Assembly: GCA_046349715.1 (NCBI GenBank) | Contig: JAXMBR010000013.1 | Coordinates: forward strand, 13,906 to 77,905 | Direction of reading: 5' to 3' | Length of the DNA stretch: 64,000 nt | From: Planctomycetaceae bacterium | GTDB lineage: Bacteria; Planctomycetota; Planctomycetia; Planctomycetales; Planctomycetaceae | In this document: positions 1 to 11,008 of the stretch, piece after piece | How positions within the stretch are numbered: position 1 is the stretch's first letter | How the letters are laid out: every line of letters starts with the position of its first letter | The notes under the pieces: generated by a model | Database searches by the model: none | Told to the model about the DNA's origin: nothing | Seen by the model: the letters and a program-made list of their open reading frames with translations, nothing else | Position numbers and translations under genes: made by a program

Positions 1-930
1 CTGGTTAAGAAGGCCTATGATTTTATCCGGCAACATGAAAACGACGGGTTGTACGTGCCGCCTCCATTGCCTGGCCTGCCCAATCCTCGCGGCTGGAAGA
101 CCTATCATGACGTGCTGTTGTACGACGACGATTCTCCCGCGAGTAATCAGGGTTTTACCGTGCGGCCCTGCTCGCCGCCAAGGAACTGGGCTTGAAGTGA
201 GTGACGATGAGATTGAACGAGCGATTCAAGCCTATCGCTGTTATTCAACACGAAGTCCGGCTTATGCCCACCAGTCGCAAACAGAGCGATACGCTGGGAC
301 ACTTTACGCGCAACGCTGACGTATGCGGTGTTCGGCAAGAAATTGCTGACTGACGAACAGGTGCCGACGCATTACCGGACCAGCGAGAAAGTAAAAAGTC
401 CTTATGGCCTGCGTGATTTTCGCCAACGGGACCCGTTTCCGGCCACAGCGGTGTGTGGCTACGGCGGCCTTCAGCGGTTCCTCAACGAGCTGCGCGAATC
501 ACCTTCTGGCCGAAGTCCATGGTGTGCCGGCCGCCGAGATCGAACCCCTGCTGATCGAGCGTATCGCGAGAGAGATCGCGCACAACCCCGCATTCAACGA
601 ATCGATTAACACCGTCAATGGCCAACCGCACGGTCACATTCTTTATTCATGGAACTCGGTTATTGCGGCTGCGAAAAGAAATCCGCCGTTGCCCTGGCCG
701 GATCTGGTTCCGATCCGGTCGACAGTGATCGACGCGAAACCAGGGTGTCATCCGCGAGAACGCGCACTGCGCCTGGAGCCTGAACAAGCAACGCGGCAAT
801 TCGGCATCTGCCATCTGCTTGACGTACTCTTTTGCAATTCGCGGGCGGCAAAACGTAAAGTGCGACCACCATCCTTGGGAATGACGATGAGCGAGCTTCA
901 GACCGATTCAGGCCGACGACGCAGATAACG
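1..930 (+). pseudogene. Window-truncated coding remnant of unknown function; sensible peptide is only recovered by hopping between the three + frames
   Basis: Frame 1 reads LVKKAYDFIRQHENDGLYVPPPLPG...YDDDSPASNQGF and then stops. Plausible continuations lie in other frames (ORFs 17..319, 328..609, 404..928): AALLAAKELGL, SDDEIERAIQAYR, FGKKLLTDEQVPTHYRTSEKVKSPYGLR, HLLAEVHGVPAAEIEPLLIERIAREIAHNPAFNESINTVNGQPHGHILYSWNSVIAA. No family assignment possible by eye. Confidence 0.3.
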
Positions 931-1143
931 ACGAAGCCTGCTGATGCTTCTTCGTGTCGGTATAACCCTTCGAGCATTCGCGAGCAGATCGTCCGCTGCA
1001 TCGGTCACCTTGCCCGAGGTCTCGAGCGCTCCGACGGCATACGACTTCGCTCCGCTCCATCGAGGAGGACCGCGCGGGACCCGACAGAGGCAGCACGATT
1101 GAAGTCCGACTGCCCAGCGCTCCGCGGGTTGGCCCCGGAATAC

Positions 1144-2640
1144 TCAGGTCAATTCGCCGACGGCTTGACCAGCCTGCGGCGGGACGAAGTGGAAGTGGGT
1201 TTTTGATAGGATCCCGGCCGATCCGCTGACAGGCAGCGGCCACTGGCCCAATTTCGCAACTGTTCGACGTGCTTCGCCGAAGTAGTAGACACCGGCACGA
1301 CGTTGCGGGCGGCTTCGTCGCGAGACATCCGGGTTGGTTGCCGACAAGCGGCAGCACGATTTGATCTCGGCTCCGGTCCATCCGTCATCGGCAGGAATCG
1401 GCTCGGATGGGCCGATGTCGTACAGCGCGTTCGAGGCGAGGGTGCAGCGCAGATAGCCCGCCGCCGTCTCCGCTGCGGCAAATCCACGAAGAAAATCCTG
1501 TCCAGGTCGCTCGGCCCGTGTGAACCGGCGGAGCCGGCGGATGTCATTCGCGGTGGCGATGAAGAAGACTTCGGAATCGTGGTCGGCCAACCAACTCAGG
1601 AGAGAACCAAAGAGTGCGTCGAGACGCCGGAGTCGCCCGTGCCGTTCACGCCCGGATAAACCCTTCTCGATTTCATCCACGAAGAGGATGGACGGGGGCG
1701 CCATGGCTTCGGCGATCTGCAAGGCCTGTCGGACATTTTTCTTCGACTCACCAACCAGGGAACCCATGAGCCGCCAATCTCGAGCGACAGGACCGGTCGG
1801 CCGACTTCGTTGCCCAGCGCGCGACAGAACGCCGACTTCCCGCAGTACCGGGGCGAGAGGAGCAAAGCCCCCCGGGCTTTCACCGACCGGCCAGGCTGCA
1901 AGCTGCACGCCGGCAAAAGTCTTTCAGCGCCTCCAGGCTTTCCAGTTGCGAAACGTCTCGCCGCCGCGGTAGAGCGATAGTAGGTTCTGCTTCTTCAGCG
2001 ACTGGCCTTTGATCTCCCAGATCGCCTCCGGCCGCAAGGCGTCATGCCGGGCCAGCGACAGTTGCAACGTTCCTTCCGCCTCCTGGCGTGTCAACTGGCG
2101 GCGGCATCCAGCAGTGACTCCCAGTCACGCCTGGTCGGCAGGAGGCCGCATCATCGGCCAGCATCTCGCGAGCGATCGCTCGGGGTTGTTCCCTGTCGAG
2201 GGAGTTCGTGTTCCAAGATCACAAACTGCCGCTCCAGTTCCAGAGGGATCTGCACGACCGATGCCAGATCACGACGAACGTCCGCGACTCCTTGCCGGCC
2301 TGTAACTGGAGCGCGCCGCCTGCACGATCTCGCCGTTCAAAAACCGCTGGAAAGTTCTTCAGCACCAGGAGTGGCCGTCCCTTGGGGATTGGCCAACGCC
2401 GGCAGACTCCGGATCGCGGCCAAGGGATCGGCAGCCGGAGAGGCAGGGGCGGGCTGACCGGGAATCGTCAATCTCGCGGTCGATGTCCCAGGTGGCCAGC
2501 GACCACTCGTGTTGCCGACAGAGGTCTTGGATTTCGCGGAGCCGCTTCGTCCGGTTCCTGGGTTTCCAGGTACAGGCCGGTGAAGGCGGCATGAATGTAG
2601 TCGGCCAGTTGGGCCATCAGCTCATGGTCAATTTCCTTAA
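1144..2640 (-). pseudogene. AAA+ ATPase (Ycf46-like layout), multiply frameshifted
   Basis: Walker B PPSILFVDEIEKG and VFFIATANDI are in ORF 1144..1908. A degraded Walker A region, GALLLSPRYCGKSAFCRALGNEVGRPVLSL, is in a different frame (ORF 1596..1916). The N-terminal part, REIQDLCRQHEWSLATWDIDR (ORF 2359..2592), is preceded in yet another frame by ELMAQLADYIHAAFTGLYLETQEPDEA. No single frame spans the gene. Confidence 0.6.
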
Positions 2641-3309
2641 GGTAAAGAGGGAGGGTTAGAGGGGGCGAGGGAGAGAGGTCAGAAGTGCTTGGATGGCTTG
2701 GAACCAGCCCCGCACTCGCCGGCCGGATCGCGCTCGGCTAAGAGATCGGGCGTCATTTGGTCGACCGCCAGTGTGTTGAGCTCGCCGCTTCATCCGGAAG
2801 ATCAGTCTCGCCGGGCCCGATACGACAGCGGCCAGGAGGTCGGGACCTCGCGCCTGAACCACGCCCTGCGACCGGGGTATCGTCCGCGATTGCGACGCCA
2901 CTCCGCAGGCCGCGGCCACCGCGCGGGGGTGGATAATTTCTCCAGCGACCGCTTGCGGGTCAGAAACGCCTGGCAATGCGGACGGTGGTTGATTTCGGCG
3001 ACCATTCGCCGGCGTAGCTCGGTCTCGGCGATTGTTCGCGACGTAGATATGCAGTCAAGCCGCAACCGAGTGGTGCCAAGCGGCGAGTCCAGGCAGCCAG
3101 ATCACCCCCGCCAGCCGGCAGAAAGATCAAGCGTCCTGCTTCCACGAGCCCCGGAAGATCAGAACCCCCATCGAGTGAGCCGCACAATGGGCGACAATCG
3201 GGCCAAGCAGGCGATGTCGAGAACGCCTTCGGTAACGACGAGCAGCGGCCGGTCGCTAACCGGATTGACCAACAGTTCAGCAGGAGTTGTCGGGACGCGC
3301 AACAAGACC

Positions 3310-3480
3310 GTTCTCCTCCATGGACGTTTGGTGATATTCGGCGGTTAGGTTTCGGACTGTTTCAGGCCGAGGGCGGCTTCCAGGTTCCGCGTGGCCTGCC
3401 GACAGGCAGGCCCCACAAAGCCATGCGTTTCGATCCGGGTTTCTGGGGCGAGATCAGGACATCGGGATCAGCATAGCGGT
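3310..3480 (-). pseudogene. DUF2997-like small protein remnant, frameshifted
   Basis: My own minus-strand translation gives DPDVLISPQ..., then GFVGPACRQATRNLEAALGLKQSET, then LTAEYHQT in shifted frames. This fits the DUF2997 pattern G..G..C...T..LE..LG......T.EY and sits directly downstream of the DUF1257 remnant. Boundaries approximate. Confidence 0.35.
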
Positions 3481-3489
3481 CTCCAGTGA

Positions 3490-3874
3490 GGAACAGGTTG
3501 AGAAGTTCCGGTTCAGGCAGCGCCACAAGCGCACTCGGATCCAGCCGTCGGTCAGGACCTGCTCGACGGCGTCCGGCCCCTGGCGGGCGCAACTGGAGCT
3601 TGGTCAGTTCCACGGCATACGCCTGCTGAAACCGGTCGAGCTTGCTGATACGCCCCCAGCGGCCTTCAAAATTGTCGTATTTCAGTTCGCCGGTGGCGGT
3701 CTGGCAGACGACCGGATAGCGCCAGCCTGGAGTTCGATCGCCAGGCCGGTGGCTACGGCGGAGAAGAGCTGAACGGTACGCTGCACAGGGGCCGGCCACG
3801 GTAAGCGATGACAAGCGGCAGTAATCGCCAAGGGATCCCTGGATCTGCGTACGGATGGTGACAATGTGCGACAT
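3490..3874 (-). pseudogene. DUF1257 (Ycf35-like) protein, frameshifted
   Basis: ORF 3362..3874 starts MSHIVTIRTQI and contains PGWRYPVVCQTATGELKYDNFEGRWG...LDRFQQAYAVE. The segment between them (RDPLAITAACHRLPWPAPV...LFSAVATGL) is in another frame (ORF 3682..3864). The C-terminal RQGPDAVEQVLTDGWIRVRL is in a third frame. Confidence 0.5.
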
Positions 3875-5111
3875 GAGTTGTTCCTTTCAATGAAATGAGC
3901 CCGACTTGGTTCGCGATGAGTGATTACCGCTCACGGCGGAGTGCTTCCAGGGCGTGATAGAGGTGCCAGATCAACCGGCCGGCGACGATCATTCCCCAGA
4001 TCCAGTACAGCCAGAAGAACACTTGCGGCCAGCCGACGAGAGCGGACAGGATGATCAGCCACCAGATACACCTGGGGAGCCTGCGGGCTGACGGGGCGGA
4101 AGATGATGCGGGCGGGCTGAGAAGCCGATGGGGAGGAACCTGCCGATCAGGCTGACAGCGACGAAGAGGACGGTGGAGTTTGCGATGATGGGCCAGCGTG
4201 GTCCTCCTCCAGGGTCTCGTCGATGAGGATCACACGCCGTCGATAGCGGCGGCGATGCCGGCTATTGGTGGTGCGGGCCGGGAAAACTTCGCGGCGGCGA
4301 ATGGGGTACCGTGCCGTCGGAACTGTTCCAGCATTCGGCCACCAGCCGCCGGACTGTAATTCTCGATCCATCTCTGCCCACCAACTCGGCGGGCCAGTGC
4401 CATGCGACATCTGCGTTCCATTGCTAAAGGGAGTGCCATACAAAGAGCCGCAAGAAGAAAGCTCTTGCGGCTGGGAAAGTTCGTGGTCACCGGTGTGACC
4501 AACTGGATTATGAGCAGAATCAGGCGGCCGAGATCAGCAACCTGATCGTTCGCATTCGTCCGCCGTGGTTGCTGCTTCAATTCCAAGGCTTTGCGGCGTG
4601 TTCGACCATCGGGTATTGAAGTCCTCGGTCTTCATGCCAGGCTTTTGATGGCTGCGCGAACTGGCTGCCTGCGGTGGGTACCGTTGCCGCGATTTCTTGA
4701 ATCAACAGACCTTGCCGAAACAGGTGCATGGCCGGCTCGATGTAGGGCTGATGCGGTTCCTGCCGAACACGTTGACCTGCAAACTGGCTCTTGAGGGCTT
4801 TCGCGCATTGCCGCTGGCACCGTATCGTTCGGCAACCAATTTCATGATAGCGGTCATCCGGGCGCTTTCCCACGCCGAGCCGCCTCGCCAATCTCCTTGA
4901 ACGATGCCTTGCTGATGAGCTTCAACTCTTTCGATTTGCGCTTCGACTACGGGAACGCGGCAAAATTGAGCACGATCCGTGGATTCGCCGTTCCCAGTCT
5001 GACTTCCCCGGACCCGATCGGCACGGACAAGTTCGGAAGCGACAACGTCTGAATTTGTGCTGACGCGCCAGTATTTCCGTTTACGGCCTGGCTCAGTGAT
5101 CAATTCCAAGG

Positions 5112-6650
5112 CTATGGACCACCCAGCAATTGCCGCAAGGCCTCATTCGCCGCCGGCCCCGAGTTTTTCAACACGTGATGCAGTTCCTGCAAATGCTGCC
5201 GGATCCAGTCCGACGTCGGCGCCGGTAACTGCTGCTCAGTGGCCTCCAATTGATGGATTCGACGCTGCAAATCGCTTCGTTCCCGTTGCCGTTCCCTGAT
5301 CCGCGGGATCAGACTTTCTCCCAACTCTTCGTCGGCCTCCAGTTGATCGACAAGCTTCTTGATTTGCCGTTCCACTTCGCGCAGCTGCTGCCGCAAGACG
5401 TCTAACGACTGCGGTTGTTGGCTCCGTGACTCATGCCATTTCTTATGACAAGCCTCTTTGACAGCGGCGAGCCAGTCGGCATCGTCTGTGATCAATTGCC
5501 TGATCGAGTCGAGAATCAGGTCGTTCTGCGAGGCGACGAGGTACCGGATTTTGCAAGTCGCAGATTCCGTTGCGGGCGTTGCGGCACCGCAGCCAGTCCC
5601 TGTGCGCCCGCGACATAAACATGCCATTGCAAAACGGACACTGAAACAGTCCCGTCAGCGATTGCCGTCGCTGGCTGCCGTCAGAGCCCCGCAGACCGCC
5701 ATCCGGATTGCGAAATTGTCCGCAAAGTTCGACGTTGGCGTCCACATCTCTCGCGCTCGAAGCTCTCGTCGTCGATGATCCGCAACTCGGGAATTTCGCG
5801 CAGCCAATTGAGAAATTCGTGTTCTTCACGCGGCTCCTGCGTCACTTGGCCTGTCGCTGGATGGCGAATATTTTTCAGTAAGCCCCACGGCCATAATCCG
5901 ATGTATTTCGGTGACCGGAGCATGCCGACGATGAGCTCCGGTTTCAGGATTTCGCCGACGCTCGATGATCTTTCGGGACATTGTTGATATTAAATTGCCG
6001 TGTGATCCAGCGGAAGACCTTGCCGTTCTTTGACGAACCACATAAACGCTTGGCGGACCCAATAGGCTTCGTCTTCTTTAATCGCATAATCTTTTGCGCG
6101 CTGCCATTTGCCCAGCGCGGCGATCATTTCACTTGCCCGGAGAGGGGATCGAGTTGTAGCCAAAGCGGAAGTCCCCGACGCTGAAGCGGGCGAGCACGGT
6201 TCCTTGCTGGCCTTTGCGAACATTGTCGCTGAGATCGTCCAAGAAGCCGCTCTTCGTGCTGGATGCTGAAGAATCGCCGCAATTGTTTTCCAGTCGCCGA
6301 CGGCGGAATCCACTCCCTCTTTCACCGAGATGACGCGCACCCGATGGACATAGACCAATTCTTTTGAGCAAGGCCATGCTGATCAAGGATTCCCGTTCCA
6401 GCCGACCTGCCAGAAATAGAGTGTGCTGAACTTGCCGGAGTTTCGCATCGCCTAGCAGCTTGTCGAGCCCTTCACGACGAGCCTTCGTACCCGAGACGGC
6501 TTCATCTTTATAGAGAAATTCGTCGCGGATCTTCTGATTGAGTTGTTCGGCGAATCGTCGGCATTCGCGCAACTGGTCGTCGATGCTCGACTCGTTTTGT
6601 TCATCAGAGCTATACCGGGCATAACAGGCGGAGACGCGGTCGTTCTGCCG
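5112..6650 (-). pseudogene. Large serine recombinase, multiply frameshifted and without an in-frame start
   Basis: The catalytic N-terminus CYARYSSDEQNESSIDDQLRECRRFAEQ...YKDEAVSGTKARREGLDKLL (ORF 6129..6572 and its upstream extension) has no ATG/GTG/TTG before the Ser motif. Other pieces lie in separate frames: the resolvase core VISVKEGVDS (5990..6358), recombinase-domain pieces (5826..6062, 5681..5923), and the C-terminal coiled coil LRQQLREVERQIKKLVDQLEADEELGESLIPRIRERQRE (5112..5627). Confidence 0.75.
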
Positions 6651-6796
6651 GACGCTGTTGGCTCTTTCGGCGTCGCTGAATGGGGTAAGCTGCCGTACTG
6701 TCGGCCGCGGTTGTTTGCAGCGGCAATGTCGTCACCTGCGGTCGTATGCTGTCAGCCCTGGAGGAAGATTCAAGAAACCCCTGTTTTTCAGGGTCG

Positions 6797-6884
6797 GGAG
6801 AGGTGGCAGAGTGGCCGAATGCACCGCATTGCTAATGCGGCGTGGGCCAAAAGCCCACCGCGGGTTCGAATCCCGCCCTCTCCG
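6797..6884 (+). tRNA. tRNA-Ser (anticodon GCT), class II with long variable arm
   Basis: Acceptor GGAGAGG/CCTCTCC with discriminator G. Anticodon stem CCGCA/TGCGG with loop TTGCTAA. Variable arm GTGGGC-CAAAA-GCCCAC. T arm GCGGG-TTCGAAT-CCCGC. No encoded CCA. Confidence 0.9.
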
Positions 6885-6906
6885 TGTTTTGAATCTGGCC
6901 AGTGCC

Positions 6907-6940
6907 GCAAGTGATTGTATAGCAATTACTTGCGTTTTTT
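6907..6940 (+). terminator. Intrinsic terminator downstream of tRNA-Ser(GCT)
   Basis: 11-bp stem gcaagtgattg / caattacttgc (one G-U pair), 5-nt loop tatag, then g + tttttt. Confidence 0.65.
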
Positions 6941-7285
6941 CTTCGGCTGCCAACAGCCTTTCCTGATGCACATTTGGTGCACACTCCCTGCACGGGAAGT
7001 GGCGATGGTTCGGCAAAAAAAGCAAGCGCGCCGACGTTCGCGGTGCACGCGATACCGCATCCGGCGCGTGTCGGTCTACCTTCATCACAGCGCCAGGTGG
7101 GTTGACGACAGTCAGTGTGAAAACCGGTTGACCAACTTTAAACTCCTGTCCCGGATGGGCATCAGCACACGTTGCGGATGAGATTTCAACTCTCACGTCC
7201 CTTGTGGCGACTTCGATTGTCTCTCACTTGGAATTTCGCCAGTCGCCGCTGATCGGCGAAGCCGTGAATTCAGATCGGGGGTCTC

Positions 7286-8902
7286 TTAAGGGGACGATTT
7301 CCCCAAAGGGCTGGCTCGACGCAGCGCTTTGCCTGCCAGGGCTCCCGTGGGGACTCCGGCATGGACTGCGGGAACCCCGTTGATAAACACATATTTCACG
7401 CCAGTCGCATATTGATGCGGATTGTCGAATGTGGCGGTGTCGAGGTACTGGGCTGGATCAAGCGCCACCACGTCCGCGGCATAGCCCGGCTTCAGATAGC
7501 CGCGGTCGGTCAAGCCGATGATATCGGCTGGGAGCCCGCTGGCGCTGCGGATCGCCTGCTCCAACGAGATCACATGTTCGGCGATGGCATAACGACCAAT
7601 CTTTCTCGCAAATGTCCCGTAGCTGCGCGGATGGGGACGTTCGGGGCCAGGCAGGTACGAACGGCCGTCGGAAGCCGTGGCGATCCATGGCAACTGCATG
7701 GCGAATCGGACGTCTTCCTCGCTCATCGAGAAATTGACGACGCCGGCCTCGCCCAGGCGGACGATCTCACAGGCCAGATCGACAGCCGATTTGGCTTCCT
7801 CGGCTGCAATCTGTTTAACGCTCTTGCCAATCCAGTGCGGCATAGGCTGAAAACGGGAAATCACCACATCGGCGCCATCGTGTGTGCCTTCAATCGCTTT
7901 TTGCACGTCAGCTCTCACCCGCGGAGCAATTTGAGGGTTGTCCAGTCGTTCGACCAAACCCTTGGTGCCGCCCGACCGGGCCCATGTCGGAAACAGGGTG
8001 GCTTCGAGGGAGGTGCTGGAGGCGGTGTAGGGATATTGGTCGGCCGTGACGCGTCGTCCCGCAGCCCGAGCCGCTTCGATTTGGGCGGCCGCCTGGCGGA
8101 TCAGGCCCCAATTTTCGGACCCGCTGGCTTTGAAGTGGGAAATGTGCACGGGACATGCGGCGGCTTCGCCAATCCGCAACGCTTCGTCGACAGCCGCCAG
8201 CAGTTCGCGTCCTTCGCCGCGAATGTGGCTCGCATACAGGCCGCCGTGAGCTCCTACGACTTTGGCAAGATCGATCAATTCCTCGGTGTCGGCATACACG
8301 CTGGGGACATAAATCAATCCGGTCGACATTCCCCAGGCGCCCTCACGCAGCCCCTGGTCCGTCAGTTCGCGCATCGTCTTTCGCTCGTCTTCCGTTGCGC
8401 GGCGATCCAACACTCCCATGACTTGCGCACGCAGCGATCCCTGGGGAATCAGGTGCGCGACGTTGGTTCCTGCGCCCGCCTCGTCGATCCGCGAATAAAA
8501 CTTGCCGACATCCACCGCACCGGAACCGCAATTTCCCGTGACGGAAGTGGTGCAGCCCTGGAGCACGTAATTCACGCATCCCCGCATCGTCACGGAGACG
8601 ACCTGCTCGTCGCTGTGCGTATGGAGATCGATGAACCCGGGAACGACGTACAAGCCGGAGCAATCGACAATTCTGTCAACACGCCCCAACGCCAGTGCGC
8701 CGACTCCCACGATTTTATCGCCGCGAAGGGCCACGTCACCCACGACCCCGAGGTGGCCGGTGCCGTCGATGATCGTGCCTCCTTTCAAAACCACATCCGC
8801 AGTCAGCGGCTCGTCCGCCAACGCGTCAGCCACCAAGAGCAAGATCGTCCATCCTGACAGCAACCTGACGATGGAACTTGGAATGAACCTCAAGGTTTTC
8901 AT
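7286..8902 (-). CDS. N-acyl-D-amino-acid deacylase (D-aminoacylase) family amidohydrolase, secreted
   Basis: ORF 7286..9109 contains GGTIIDGTG...VGDVALRGDKIVGVG...VVPGFIDLHTHSD. I chose the ATG at 8902 (MKTLRFIPSSIVRLLSGWTILLLVADALA signal peptide) because the longer ORF overlaps ggt. Confidence 0.85.
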   Translation of the reverse strand: MKTLRFIPSSIVRLLSGWTILLLVADALADEPLTADVVLKGGTIIDGTGHLGVVGDVALRGDKIVGVGALALGRVDRIVDCSGLYVVPGFIDLHTHSDEQVVSVTMRGCVNYVLQGCTTSVTGNCGSGAVDVGKFYSRIDEAGAGTNVAHLIPQGSLRAQVMGVLDRRATEDERKTMRELTDQGLREGAWGMSTGLIYVPSVYADTEELIDLAKVVGAHGGLYASHIRGEGRELLAAVDEALRIGEAAACPVHISHFKASGSENWGLIRQAAAQIEAARAAGRRVTADQYPYTASSTSLEATLFPTWARSGGTKGLVERLDNPQIAPRVRADVQKAIEGTHDGADVVISRFQPMPHWIGKSVKQIAAEEAKSAVDLACEIVRLGEAGVVNFSMSEEDVRFAMQLPWIATASDGRSYLPGPERPHPRSYGTFARKIGRYAIAEHVISLEQAIRSASGLPADIIGLTDRGYLKPGYAADVVALDPAQYLDTATFDNPHQYATGVKYVFINGVPAVHAGVPTGALAGKALRRASPLGKSSP

Positions 8903-9068
8903 GCGATTTAGCCTTGTCCTGCTCAGAACCGCTGTCGCCAGCTGAATCACTGTAAGTTGTGACAATCGCTCCCGAACCCGAGTCATTGCTCCGGTGAAAT
9001 GAACATGATCCGGCAAGCGCGGCGTCAATTCAATCGGGAAGGATTCTCTGGGGCGAATCGACATCGGT

Positions 9069-10820
9069 TCATTGGCGAGGATTCGGCGCAGCGCTGGCCG
9101 CCCAGCCATGACGTCGGCGATCCGCCTCTCCGTATCGAATCCCCGTGACGGGATTTACGGCAATCGAATGCGCATCACCTTGCTCGACTGCGGGCTCGCC
9201 GATTTGGTGCCCCATGGCGCGCAACTGAACCAACGCGTCTTGGTGATCGGTCAGCAATCCCGCTTCCACTCGCACGCGATCCGGCATCCATTGGTGATGA
9301 TGGCGAGGGGCATCCACCGCGTCCCGCAGCGGCATGCCATATTCCAGCACGTTGATCAAGATGCAGAATACGGTGTTGATGATGGTACGACCGCCGGGGC
9401 TGCCCGTGATCACGACCACACGACCATTCTGACTCACAATCACCGGGCACATCGAACTCAGCATCCGTTTACGCGGAGCGACGAGGTTCGGCTTGGTGCC
9501 GATGCGGCCATCGACCGTGGTGACTCCCGCAACCGGGTTGAAATCACCCATCTCGTCATTCAACAAAAAGCCGGCATCGCGAACGACGATTCCCGAGCCA
9601 AAGGCGTTCTCCAGGGTGTATGTGTTGGAGACGGCCATGCCCTGGCGATCGATCACGCTGAAATGTGTTGTTTGCGATCCCTCGCCCGGCGTCAGAACCT
9701 CAGCGCCGAGCGCTGCGGAGGAGGTCGCCGCCGTCAGCGAGATCTTTTTGGCGAGTTCGTCGGTGAACTCTCTCGCTGTAAGGCGCAGGGGGATCTCAAT
9801 GAAATCGGGATCACCGAGATATTTCGCTCGCTGCAAATAGGCCAGCTTCATCGACTCGGTCATCAGATGTAACGTGCGCGGGGACCAACGCGGTTGTTGG
9901 CTTAAATCAAAATGCTCGGCCAGATTCAACAATTGAATCAACGTGATCCCGCCTGAACTGGGCGGGGGCGGCGCAAACACATCGTAGCCGCGAAATTTGC
10001 CATGAATGGGAACACGTTCTTTTGCGAGATAGGCGGCCAGATCCTCCCGGGTGATCAAGCCGCCGCCACGTCTCATTTCGGCCACCAGCAAGTCAGCCGT
10101 CGCGCCCCGGTAAAAGGCGTCCGCGCCCTGCGAGACGATCTCCCTTAACGTCTGCGCCAAATCCTGCTGCACCAGCCGGTCGCCGGCGATCCATTCAGCC
10201 ATCGCTTGATGCTTGCCAAATGCTGCGAGAAATCCCGGTCGGTGGTGAAATTGCTGGACACCTCGATTCAGCGAAGCTGCAAGCGATTCGTCGATTTCAA
10301 ACCCCTCGTCGGCCAGGGTCGCCGCCGGAGCGACCACGTCTTGCCAAGCCAGCTTCCCGAACTTGCGATGAGCCAGTTCCAACCCGCGCACCGTTCCGGG
10401 CACGCCGATCATGCGGTACGGATTCACGGGTCCGCTCGCGAACATGTCGACGGTCGCTCCCGCTGGCGCCATTTCGCGATAGTCGAATACCGTAGGCGGC
10501 TCGCCGTCGGCAGGATGAACCAGCATGAAACCGCCACCGCCGATGTTGCCGGCTTCTGGCCACGTCACCGCGAGCGCGAAGGCCGTCGCCACGGCAGCGT
10601 CCACGGCGTTCCCTCCTTGTTCCAGAACACGCGTGCCAATTTCCGTCGCGGGAGCGGACACGGAAACAACCATGCCTCCACGAGATTGCGCCGACAGGCC
10701 GGAAGAATGAAATTCGTCATCGGCAGAAATTCGACTCGCTGACCCAATCGTCATCAGCCAAGTTGCCGCCACCAAAAGTCTTGACGGAATGGCGCTGCTG
10801 ATCAGAGGTCTCGGTGTCAT
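9069..10820 (-). CDS. ggt: Gamma-glutamyltranspeptidase
   Basis: GNIGGGGFMLVH and the autoprocessing site GSQTTHFSVIDRQGMAVSNTYTLE. I chose the ATG at 10820 (MTPRPLISSAIPSRLLVAATWLMTIGSASRISA signal peptide). Confidence 0.9.
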   Translation of the reverse strand: MTPRPLISSAIPSRLLVAATWLMTIGSASRISADDEFHSSGLSAQSRGGMVVSVSAPATEIGTRVLEQGGNAVDAAVATAFALAVTWPEAGNIGGGGFMLVHPADGEPPTVFDYREMAPAGATVDMFASGPVNPYRMIGVPGTVRGLELAHRKFGKLAWQDVVAPAATLADEGFEIDESLAASLNRGVQQFHHRPGFLAAFGKHQAMAEWIAGDRLVQQDLAQTLREIVSQGADAFYRGATADLLVAEMRRGGGLITREDLAAYLAKERVPIHGKFRGYDVFAPPPPSSGGITLIQLLNLAEHFDLSQQPRWSPRTLHLMTESMKLAYLQRAKYLGDPDFIEIPLRLTAREFTDELAKKISLTAATSSAALGAEVLTPGEGSQTTHFSVIDRQGMAVSNTYTLENAFGSGIVVRDAGFLLNDEMGDFNPVAGVTTVDGRIGTKPNLVAPRKRMLSSMCPVIVSQNGRVVVITGSPGGRTIINTVFCILINVLEYGMPLRDAVDAPRHHHQWMPDRVRVEAGLLTDHQDALVQLRAMGHQIGEPAVEQGDAHSIAVNPVTGIRYGEADRRRHGWAASAAPNPRQ

Positions 10821-11008
10821 GAATTCCCAAATCACGAAAGCATTGGTTGCTGTTCGGGTTATCGCTCGTCGATTGAGGCGAGAAACGCACCACCAGCCAC
10901 GAGGCAAAAGTCGACTCGGCCGCGACGCCTCAATGATACCATGGCAGATTTCACACGAAACAGCAGCCTCTGGTCGGATGCTAGCCGAGAGCGGCGCGGC
11001 GGCCAATC

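Larger units (their letters stand above)
1144..6650. mobile_element. Decayed integrative element remnant (serine recombinase + AAA+/DUF2997/DUF1257 module + broken HTH-like and membrane ORFs)
   Basis: All recognisable genes are co-oriented on the minus strand and every one is frame-broken. The recombinase end lies about 150 nt from tRNA-Ser(GCT). No terminal repeats identified, so the limits are approximate. Confidence 0.4.

Noticed and set aside
6732-7196. 154-aa minus-strand ORF, and ORFs 6543..6914 and 6658..6966 (+) around the tRNA
   Set aside because: All of them run through tRNA-Ser(GCT) and its terminator, have no motifs, and show no RBS.
7361-8857. 498-aa ORF on the plus strand
   Set aside because: It is antisense to the well-supported D-aminoacylase gene and has low-complexity composition without recognisable motifs.
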